Shown here in pieces: positions 48,073 to 56,086 of a stretch of DNA of 64,000 bases. Both the position numbers and the translations under genes were made by a program. The notes beneath the pieces are model-generated. The model did not search any database. It was not told where the DNA came from and was given only the letters and a program-made list of their open reading frames with translations. The DNA is from Planctomycetota bacterium (lineage in GTDB: Bacteria; Planctomycetota; SZUA-567; H5-PLA8), in the NCBI GenBank assembly GCA_045863855.1, contig BTVV01000010.1, forward strand, positions 1 through 64,000, given 5' to 3'. Positions within the stretch are counted from its first letter, which is position 1. Every line of letters starts with the position of its first letter.

Positions 48073-48273
48073 ACCGTTCGTTCCCCGCATGAGCGCCGTG
48101 GCAAGGACGCGGCGTCGCTCGGTCAACTCAGCCGAAATCACGCCCGGCGGCGCGCGCCGGCAGCCGAGGGGCCGCTGCAATCGTATAACGATTGGATGCG
48201 GCTCGGCTTGCAGGCATAAGCCGAACTCAAAAGGGTATCGCCGCCGTTTCCGGCTCCGCTATACTACCTTATT

Positions 48274-49671
48274 ATGAATCCCATGGACGCCCGCTTCCGG
48301 ACAATTATCGAACCGTTCCGGATTAAGGTGGTGGAGCCGATCCCGTTTACCGATCGCGCCGAGCGGGCCGAATTGCTGGAAGTCGCGGGCTATAACCTCT
48401 TCAACCTGCCTTCGCGCAAAGTAACCATCGATTTGCTGACCGATTCGGGCACTGGGGCGATGTCGGTGCAGCAGTGGGCGCAGATGTTCAAGGGCGACGA
48501 AGCTTACGCGGGCGCGGAGAGCTGGCACCATTTGGACCGGACGGTGCGCGATCTGACGGGTTTCCGCTTCGTGCTGCCGTGCCATCAGGGTCGCGCGGCC
48601 GAGAAGCTGCTCTTTACGGTGCTGGGCGGCAGCGGCAAGGTGATCCCGAACAACAGCCACTTCGATACGACGCGCGCGCACGTCGAATACACGGGCGCGG
48701 AAGCCCGCGACCTGCCCTCACGGGCCACTGCCGACACGCAGCTTGAGGATCCCTTTAAGGGAAACATGAATCTGGAGGCGCTGGAACGGCTGCTGGAATC
48801 CGACGCCGACCGAGTGCCGCTGGTGGCGGTGACGATCACGAACAATTCGGCCGGCGGGCAGCCGGTGAGCATGGCGAACCTGAAAGCCGTCCGGGCGCTG
48901 TGCGACCGCTTCAAGAAGCCGCTCTTCCTGGACGCCGCGCGCTTCGCGGAGAACGCATTCTTCGTCAAACAGCGCGAGCCGGAATATGCCGAACGTTCGG
49001 TGCGAGCCATCGCCGAAGAGGCGTTCCGGTTGGCCGATGGCTGCTGGATCAGCGCCAAGAAAGACGGGATGGTGAACATCGGCGGCCTGCTTGCGTTCAA
49101 CGACGAAGCGTTGCACGAGCCGCTGCGCAACCTGCTGATTCTGAACGAAGGTTTTCCGACCTATGGCGGCTTGGCCGGGCGCGACCTGGAAGGGCTGGCT
49201 CAAGGGCTGCTGGAAGTGACCGACGAGGACTATCTGCGCTACCGCGCACGGAGCGTGGAGTACTTGGGCCGCGGCTTGGAGGAGTCCGGCGTTCCGGTGC
49301 TCAAGCCGTTCGGCGGGCACGCGGTGTACATCGATGCGCGGCGCTTCCTGCCGCGCATGCCGGCGCATCGCTTTCCGGCGCAGGCGGTCTCGGCGGCGCT
49401 GTACCTGGAAGGCGGGATTCGCAGCGTCGAAATCGGGAGCCTGATGTTCGGGCGTAAGGATCCGCAGACGGGGCAGGAGTATCCCGCGCCGCAGGAACTG
49501 GTGCGTTTGGCGCTGCCGCGGCGCGTGTACACGCAGGCGCACGTGGATTACTGCATCGAAGTGGGCGCGTATCTGGCGGCGCATAAGGATGAGATTCGGG
49601 GGCTTCGGATCGTGCAGGAAGCTCCGATTCTGCGGCACTTTACGGCGCGGCTGGCGCCGGTGAGCGAATAG
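48274..49671 (+). CDS. tnaA: Tryptophanase (PLP beta-eliminating lyase)
   Basis: EPFRIKVVEPI, IDLLTDSGT, HQGRAAE, PLP-Lys SAKKDG. Trpase-type residues HFDTT, VEIG and LRHFT (tyrosine phenol-lyase has FTTT, MERG, LRFFT). Confidence 0.88.
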   Translation: MNPMDARFRTIIEPFRIKVVEPIPFTDRAERAELLEVAGYNLFNLPSRKVTIDLLTDSGTGAMSVQQWAQMFKGDEAYAGAESWHHLDRTVRDLTGFRFVLPCHQGRAAEKLLFTVLGGSGKVIPNNSHFDTTRAHVEYTGAEARDLPSRATADTQLEDPFKGNMNLEALERLLESDADRVPLVAVTITNNSAGGQPVSMANLKAVRALCDRFKKPLFLDAARFAENAFFVKQREPEYAERSVRAIAEEAFRLADGCWISAKKDGMVNIGGLLAFNDEALHEPLRNLLILNEGFPTYGGLAGRDLEGLAQGLLEVTDEDYLRYRARSVEYLGRGLEESGVPVLKPFGGHAVYIDARRFLPRMPAHRFPAQAVSAALYLEGGIRSVEIGSLMFGRKDPQTGQEYPAPQELVRLALPRRVYTQAHVDYCIEVGAYLAAHKDEIRGLRIVQEAPILRHFTARLAPVSE

Positions 49672-49814
49672 CGCGACGTGAAACCGATTTGTGACCGAAC
49701 CGCCAGCTCCGTGGTCCGATACTCTTGCGGTAACACGGGTGCTTGATGGGATTTTACGGAACTCGTCCAAAAGATTTTACCGGATCGAGATAATGTATCC
49801 TGTTAGAGCCCGTT

Positions 49815-52808
49815 ATGTTGGTGGCAGGCCGGAGGATCTCGCGCGCCGTGCATCCTGTGCTTAAGCGATGGGCTTTGCAGACGGGCAACCTCCGGTGCGC
49901 CGGAGTCTTGCTGGCGCTGCTGAGCGTCTGCGCCGGCGCGCTGCTGGCGGGCGAAGCGGGAGCACCCCCGGCCGGCCAAGCCGCCAAAACCGGCGACGGG
50001 AAGAAAGAAAAGCCCAAGATCCCGCCGTTCAAGGTTTCGGCCTGGTGCGCGTTTCGCGATTACTTAGGCGCGCAGAAGCAGGCGCAGAATATCGAAGCGG
50101 AAAAGAACGAAGAGACGCGGCCGGAGAGCCGGTTCTGGGGCGGTTTCGGCCGACGCGGACAGTGGGTCCGGCTGGTGGTCGAGCTGCAGAATACGACCGA
50201 AAAAGATCTGTACGTGGGAAACATGCGGATCCGGCTGGACCCCAGCGAAGAAGGCACCGAATCGGGCCAGAAGCCGTATACGACGACCTACCGGCAGGAT
50301 TTCGAACTGCCGCCCGGCCCGCCCAAGCAATTCACCTTCAGCGTGCTGTGTCCGGAGTTTATCTTTGGGCAGATCGATATCGACATCACGGCGAACGGGA
50401 TTCCGTTTCGGCGCGGGGTGAGTTTGTACGACCTGGACCGTTCGGCGCAAAAGGGCGAAGACTTGGTGGTGGTGGTGTCCGAAGACGCCGGGTCGTTCAA
50501 GCACCTGCTTCCGCAGCGGCGCTACACGGGGGACGATCTGCCAGCGGAGTACGCCGATCCGGGCGCCACGGGCGTGCGAGGGCGGCAGGTGGCGGTGGTG
50601 CAACCCAGCGAGCTGCCGGATGCATGGCATGACTTGACGGTCGCCAGCCTGATCGTCCTGGACGGACCGCCGCGCGAAGCGTTCAGCGACGCGCAGTTGA
50701 CGGCGCTCGAAACGTACTGCCAAGCCGGCGGCCAGATCCTGATCAGCAGCGGGAACGATCCGGCGCGTCTGAAGCCGGCCGAGGGTCAGACGCTGAGTCT
50801 GGCGGATCTGGCGGGCTTGAAGGTGTTGCAGGCCGGCAAGCTGCCGAACATCGACCTGTTTCCGGGATTCAATCCGACCACGGAAGGCTGGTCGCTGCCG
50901 ATCGTCGAAGTGGCGCCGCGCGCGACGCTGGGCGAGGTTACGGTCTGGCGCAACAAGGCGACGGGGCTGGTCGAGCAGTCGATGCGTCCGGTGGGGTTGG
51001 GCGCGGTGCATTTCGTGGCGTTCTCGTTGCGCGACGAACTGCTGCGCAATTGGCAGGGCCGGAACGATATTCCGGTGGCGATCCTTCAATCGGCCAAGCG
51101 GCGCGCGATGTTTCTATACGAAGACGTCGACTACTCGAACATGGCGCAGCAGACCGAAGACTGGAACTGGAACGGCGAAGCGAAGCCGAACGTGCAGCGG
51201 CAGAGCTTGCCGTGGTTGCGGCAGGAACTGGACCGCAGCTTTACCTCGGATACGCCGGTGGCCACGCAGCCTCCGGGCATGGTGGCGTCTTTTCTTTTGC
51301 TTTATCTGCTCGCCGCGGTGCCGCTCAATTATCTGCTCTTCGGCTGGCTGAAACGCCGCGAGGCGGCTTGGCTGGCGGTGCCGGGCTGGGCTGTGCTCTT
51401 TTCGATCGGCGCGTACTACGTGGGTTACGCCGGCCAGCAGGGCAAGCTGACGGTGGACGAGGTCTCGATTGTCGAAGCCGGTCCGCAGCAGGCGAGCGCG
51501 GTGGCGCGCACCTTCCTTAATGTGTACGCGCCGGCACGGGACTCGTACGACCTGAAATTCTCCGGCGAAGGGTTGCCGCTGCAGGTGATCCAAGGGGCGC
51601 CGGGTCATTTGATCAGCCCGGAGTTCGGGACGCGCGGGATCACGGACGTGCTGCCTGAGTTGGACCTGATCGAGACGCCGGACGGGATGCTGGTGAACGA
51701 CCTGCTGATTCAGTCGCGCTCGACGCGTCGGCTGGAAGTGAATCACCGCGTGCCTTTGGGCGAGGGAGTCGATGCGCGTATCAAGGTCGATGAGAAAACT
51801 CGCCAGTACGAGGTGAAGATTCAGAACAGGACGCATCTGGTCCTGTTAGACGCGGCGCTGCTGATGCGGCTGGACGATGCGCGGCAGTGGGCGGTGCCGG
51901 TGGGGCACTTGTCGCCGGGCGAAGCCGAGCCGAAGGTGTTGCGGCTGCCGATGAGCAAAGGCGGTGCGGTCGAGGCGGGCACGCCGGCGTGGGACGATAT
52001 TCACCAAGTCTTCTTCGGGAAGCCCCCTACGTTTCGGTCGGCACGCGGACAGTGGGCGCAGGAGCGCGCGCAGAACGTGAGCGCGTACATATCATCGCGG
52101 ATTCAGCGCGCGGGCGACGCGGTGATTGTAGCGTGGGCCGACGGCGGGATGCTTCCGGTGAGCGTGGGGGACGACTCTCCGCGCGATAAGCGCGGCTTCT
52201 CGCTGGTGGTGATTCCCGTGCCGATCGATACGGGCAAAGCGCCCGTGCGCGGCGGATTCCGGATTCAAGTCAGCCAGGACGCCGAGATCGACGCGCAAAC
52301 GCAGAACTGGGGCGCCTTGAACGCCGGTGACGGCGCGCGGCTGAGCATGCAGACGCGCGAAGACGCGGCGCTGCAATACCGTATCGATCCGCCGGAAGAC
52401 GTGACCAAGCTGAGCCAGCCGGAACTGGAAATAGCCTTCTTCCTGTACGCCGAATCGCGCGACGACGCCTCGCAGGGCCTGCCGCTGGGCCAGCGCCCGC
52501 GGACGGTTCCTTCGCGCTACGACGGTACGCCGATCGTGGAAGTGATGGAGCGGCAGCAGGACGGCCGCCCGCGCTGGAAGCGACTCATGCCCGCATTGAA
52601 GTCGTTCGGCATCGGAGTTTCTGAGCGGACGCCAACGTACCGATGCGCGATTCCGCTTTCGCGCGGGATGCTGGGGACGGACAACCGCGTGCAGGTTCGC
52701 ATCGCGGTGCCGAAGCTGCGGGTGACCGGCGCGATGGATAACACGTGGAATGCGTGGACGCTTCGGGTCGAGAGCTTTACGCCCGCGATTAAGGAAAAAG
52801 GCCGCTAA
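49815..52808 (+). CDS. Large exported/membrane accessory protein of ABC system (central TM hairpin; class I GATase-like segment)
   Basis: Signal-like GVLLALLSVCAGALLA; ELPDAWHDL...LIVLDG...QLTALETYCQAGGQILI; TM pair LLLYLLAAVPLNYLL...AWLAVP. Ends 12 bp before the ABC ATPase. Start may be GTG 49848. Confidence 0.78.
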   Translation: MLVAGRRISRAVHPVLKRWALQTGNLRCAGVLLALLSVCAGALLAGEAGAPPAGQAAKTGDGKKEKPKIPPFKVSAWCAFRDYLGAQKQAQNIEAEKNEETRPESRFWGGFGRRGQWVRLVVELQNTTEKDLYVGNMRIRLDPSEEGTESGQKPYTTTYRQDFELPPGPPKQFTFSVLCPEFIFGQIDIDITANGIPFRRGVSLYDLDRSAQKGEDLVVVVSEDAGSFKHLLPQRRYTGDDLPAEYADPGATGVRGRQVAVVQPSELPDAWHDLTVASLIVLDGPPREAFSDAQLTALETYCQAGGQILISSGNDPARLKPAEGQTLSLADLAGLKVLQAGKLPNIDLFPGFNPTTEGWSLPIVEVAPRATLGEVTVWRNKATGLVEQSMRPVGLGAVHFVAFSLRDELLRNWQGRNDIPVAILQSAKRRAMFLYEDVDYSNMAQQTEDWNWNGEAKPNVQRQSLPWLRQELDRSFTSDTPVATQPPGMVASFLLLYLLAAVPLNYLLFGWLKRREAAWLAVPGWAVLFSIGAYYVGYAGQQGKLTVDEVSIVEAGPQQASAVARTFLNVYAPARDSYDLKFSGEGLPLQVIQGAPGHLISPEFGTRGITDVLPELDLIETPDGMLVNDLLIQSRSTRRLEVNHRVPLGEGVDARIKVDEKTRQYEVKIQNRTHLVLLDAALLMRLDDARQWAVPVGHLSPGEAEPKVLRLPMSKGGAVEAGTPAWDDIHQVFFGKPPTFRSARGQWAQERAQNVSAYISSRIQRAGDAVIVAWADGGMLPVSVGDDSPRDKRGFSLVVIPVPIDTGKAPVRGGFRIQVSQDAEIDAQTQNWGALNAGDGARLSMQTREDAALQYRIDPPEDVTKLSQPELEIAFFLYAESRDDASQGLPLGQRPRTVPSRYDGTPIVEVMERQQDGRPRWKRLMPALKSFGIGVSERTPTYRCAIPLSRGMLGTDNRVQVRIAVPKLRVTGAMDNTWNAWTLRVESFTPAIKEKGR

Positions 52809-52820
52809 AGGGACGGAGCG

Positions 52821-53747
52821 ATGATCAAGATTCGCGGGTTCAGCAAGCGCTACGACAGCTTCGTCGCTGTGGATGGTCTGGACCTGGATATCGAGCAGGG
52901 CGACGTCTTCGGCTTTATCGGGCCCAATGGCGCGGGGAAGACGACGACCATCCGCTTCCTGGCGACGCTCTTGAAACCTACGGCGGGGCAGGGCTGGATC
53001 AACGGGTACTCGGTAACGCAGCAGATTGACCAGGTGAAGCGCAGCATCGGCTTCATGCCCGATACGTTCGGCGTTTACGACGGCATGAAAGTTTGGGAAT
53101 TTCTGGACTTCTTCGCCACGGCGTACGGGCTGCCGCGCAGCAAGCGCCGCGCGCTGATCGACGACGTGCTGGATCTGGTGGACCTGACGAGCAAGAAGGA
53201 CACACTGGTAAACGGGCTTTCGCGCGGCATGCAGCAGCGGCTGTGCTTGGCGAAGACGCTGGTGCACGATCCGCCGGTGCTGATTTTGGACGAACCGGCC
53301 AGCGGACTGGACCCCCGCGCGCGCGTCGAGATGAAGGCGCTGCTGCGCGAACTGCAACGCATGGGCAAGACGATCCTGATCAGCAGCCACATCCTTCCGG
53401 AACTCGCGGACTTCTGCAACAAGATCGGGATCATCGAGCGCGGGAAGCTGCTTGCCGCCGGTCCGGTGAAGGACGTGATTAAATCGATTCGGCAGGCGCG
53501 GGTGATCAAGGTGGTAGTGGACGACAAGTACGAAGCGTGCGAGGTGGTGCTGGCGCATCACGAGCACGTGCGCAATCTGACGCACGCGGAAGGCGAGTTC
53601 AAGTTCGAGTTTATCGGAAACGACGACGCGGTGGTGAAGCTGCACCGCAATCTGATGGATCAGCAGATTCCGGTGGTCTGGTTCGCCGAAGAAGAAGCGG
53701 ACCTGGAAGAGGCGTTCATGAAGATTACCAAGGGCCTGGTGGCATAA
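52821..53747 (+). CDS. ABC transporter ATP-binding protein
   Basis: Walker A GPNGAGKTT, signature LSRGMQQR, Walker B LILDEP, H-loop ISSH. Confidence 0.97.
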   Translation: MIKIRGFSKRYDSFVAVDGLDLDIEQGDVFGFIGPNGAGKTTTIRFLATLLKPTAGQGWINGYSVTQQIDQVKRSIGFMPDTFGVYDGMKVWEFLDFFATAYGLPRSKRRALIDDVLDLVDLTSKKDTLVNGLSRGMQQRLCLAKTLVHDPPVLILDEPASGLDPRARVEMKALLRELQRMGKTILISSHILPELADFCNKIGIIERGKLLAAGPVKDVIKSIRQARVIKVVVDDKYEACEVVLAHHEHVRNLTHAEGEFKFEFIGNDDAVVKLHRNLMDQQIPVVWFAEEEADLEEAFMKITKGLVA

Positions 53748-53754
53748 GCGATTC

Positions 53755-55539
53755 ATGGCAGAACGCGTGGAAGTGACGCCTGAAGGAGGCGCGCCCGGCG
53801 AAGCCGGGACCGGCGCGGCGGTCCCGCCGGCCGACGCGCCGCCGGCTCATGCCCGCGAAGCGATGCGTGAGGCGCGCGAACGCCTTCGCGAGAAGCGCGG
53901 GCTGGTAGAGCGCGTCTTTCTGGCCATCGATAACCCGGTGCTGCGCCGCGAACTGCTCACCGCACTGCGCAGTAATAAAGCCTTTATTCTTCAATTCATT
54001 TTCCTGTTCGTGCTGGGCGCGGTGGTCCGGCTGGCGTGGCCGGAAGAAGAGATCAGCACGCGCAGCGAACGCGCGCGCACGCTTTTTCGCATCTTCGGGC
54101 AGGGCCAATTGGTGCTGCTGAGCGTGCTCTCGCCGGCCTTCAGCGCCAGCGCGATGACGATGGAGAAGGAAAAGCGCGCCATCGATCTGCTGATGACCAG
54201 TCCGATCAAGCCCGGCACGATTCTGATGGGCAAATACCTGAGCAGCGTCCTTTACCTCTTCCTGCTTGTGTTTTCGACTATTCCCATCGTCAGCGTCTGC
54301 ATGTGGCTGCCCGGCATCGATCCGTATCAGATCGCGGGGCTGTATGTATTATTGATGTCGGTGGCGGCGAGTTTCGGGATGATCGGCTTGACGTGTTCGA
54401 CGTTTTTCCACCGCAGCCAGATCTCGCTTTCGATCACCTATCTGGTGGTGCTGCCGCTCGCGGTGATCCTGCTGGTGTTTTCACGCGCCTTCGACGGTTT
54501 CTTCGTGCTGGGCGCGGCGATATGGCCGTCGGGGCTGCTTCTGTTCGCCACCTTCGTAATGTATCAGGCCTGCTTGAAGCGGTTGCGCCAGCCCTTCGAT
54601 CCGGTGTTCAAGGCCGCCGAAGAGGAGGATATCAGCACACAGACGGGCCTGGTGCTGGTGCGCGACCGCTTCCCCGATAACCTCCTGGCTCCGCCGAAAG
54701 ACGACGCCCTGTTGCCGGACCGCGGGAATCCGATTTACCAGAAGGAAATCCGAAGCGAAATCTTCGGGCGCGGGACGCTGTTCCTGCGCCTGATCATCCA
54801 GATCAGCATGTTTCTTTCCGTGGTATTTCTGACCTTCCTGTACCTGAAAAAAGAGTACGTCTTCGTCGATTACCTGGTTGTTTTCACGATGCTGGTCGCG
54901 CCGGCCTTCGCGTGCAACACGTTCACGCAAGAGCGTGAGCGGGGCACGCTGGAGTTGCTGCTAACCACGCTGATCCACCCGCATCAGGTAGTGAGCGGCA
55001 AATTCCTGGCGTGCTTCCGACTGAGCTTGTTCCTCACCGCGCTGGTGGGTGTAACGCTGCTTTTCTATCTGCTGGTAGGTGGAAACGCGCCCAACACGAC
55101 GGGACTCTCGGCGCTGGCGGGCCGCGTCGGCTTCTTCGGCATTTACCTGCTGATCCTGGGCGGGACGATCGTCTTCGAGACCGCGCTGGGGATGTTCTTC
55201 AGTCTCGTCTGCCGCAGCACGTTGCAGAGCATGATCATGACCTACAGCGTAATCTTGCTCTTCTTCGGCGTGCCGATGGCCGTGAAGGCGCTGCTGTACC
55301 TCACGATGCCGGCCGAGCGTCTCCCCGAGGAGTCCATCGCGTGGGCGTGTTTTACGAGCCCGTTCGAAGCGATCTATTCGGTGACGTGGAAGCAGGTGGG
55401 TTCGTCGATGGAACTGCGCAAGCCCACGATGATCTGGCCGGCCTACCTGGGCTTTGCGCTGACCATGAGCGGCATACTGATGGGTTATATTTACGGGACG
55501 TTCGAGCGATGGGCGACGAAGGTGAACCGGCCGCAGTAG
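53755..55539 (+). CDS. ABC-2/GldF-like permease with two fused membrane domains
   Basis: Two copies of NP(V/I)..(R/K)E and E(K/R)E...(D/E)LL.T..I.P....GK, each followed by TM bundles. Confidence 0.88.
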   Translation: MAERVEVTPEGGAPGEAGTGAAVPPADAPPAHAREAMREARERLREKRGLVERVFLAIDNPVLRRELLTALRSNKAFILQFIFLFVLGAVVRLAWPEEEISTRSERARTLFRIFGQGQLVLLSVLSPAFSASAMTMEKEKRAIDLLMTSPIKPGTILMGKYLSSVLYLFLLVFSTIPIVSVCMWLPGIDPYQIAGLYVLLMSVAASFGMIGLTCSTFFHRSQISLSITYLVVLPLAVILLVFSRAFDGFFVLGAAIWPSGLLLFATFVMYQACLKRLRQPFDPVFKAAEEEDISTQTGLVLVRDRFPDNLLAPPKDDALLPDRGNPIYQKEIRSEIFGRGTLFLRLIIQISMFLSVVFLTFLYLKKEYVFVDYLVVFTMLVAPAFACNTFTQERERGTLELLLTTLIHPHQVVSGKFLACFRLSLFLTALVGVTLLFYLLVGGNAPNTTGLSALAGRVGFFGIYLLILGGTIVFETALGMFFSLVCRSTLQSMIMTYSVILLFFGVPMAVKALLYLTMPAERLPEESIAWACFTSPFEAIYSVTWKQVGSSMELRKPTMIWPAYLGFALTMSGILMGYIYGTFERWATKVNRPQ

Positions 55540-55606
55540 CGGAGCGGTGAAATTCCAAACTCAAAACTAATACGCCTATTGCTACCAGTTGTGTGAATCC
55601 GGTCTG

Positions 55607-56086
55607 TCAATACGTACGCTTATGCGGGTCGGCGTTCCATAGTTCGAAGGGTTCGAAAGCGGGGACTTCAAGCCGGCGGCAAGGGACGGTCCGCGACTCG
55701 GGCGGGAGCGCCAGTTGCGCGTAGAGGCCGGCATCCAGGAATCCGGCGGCCGCGGCATCGTGGCGCGTTGCGGCATAGTACACGGCGCTGATGCCGGCCC
55801 AACAGGCCGCGGCAAAGCACATGGGACAGGGCTCGCAGCTCGCGTATAGCACCGCGCCGGGCAGATGGGGCGATCCGGCTTTCGCGCAGGCATCACGCAG
55901 GGCGAGAATCTCGGCGTGCGCGGTGGGATCGTGCATGGCCGTGACCCGATTGGCTCCGCGACCCCACACCGAACCGTTCTTCACCAGCAGCGCCCCGAAG
56001 GGGCCTCCGGCGCGGGTGCGCGCGGACTCCACGGCCAGCGCAATCGCTTCGCGCAACCACGCGGCATGATCCGGTTCGGCGGTCAG
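55607..56086 (-). CDS. Nucleoside/guanine deaminase (cytidine deaminase-like fold, GuaD-like)
   Basis: GGPFGA, NRV..HDPTAHAE, SCEPCPMC. Proposed CTG start at 56086 with GAGGAG 8 nt upstream; the ORF track gives TTG 56056. Confidence 0.88.
   Translation of the reverse strand: MTAEPDHAAWLREAIALAVESARTRAGGPFGALLVKNGSVWGRGANRVTAMHDPTAHAEILALRDACAKAGSPHLPGAVLYASCEPCPMCFAAACWAGISAVYYAATRHDAAAAGFLDAGLYAQLALPPESRTVPCRRLEVPAFEPFELWNADPHKRTY

Noticed and set aside
48274..49671. Tyrosine phenol-lyase (tpl)
   Set aside because: Diagnostic positions are tryptophanase-type (FDTT, VEIG, RHFT).
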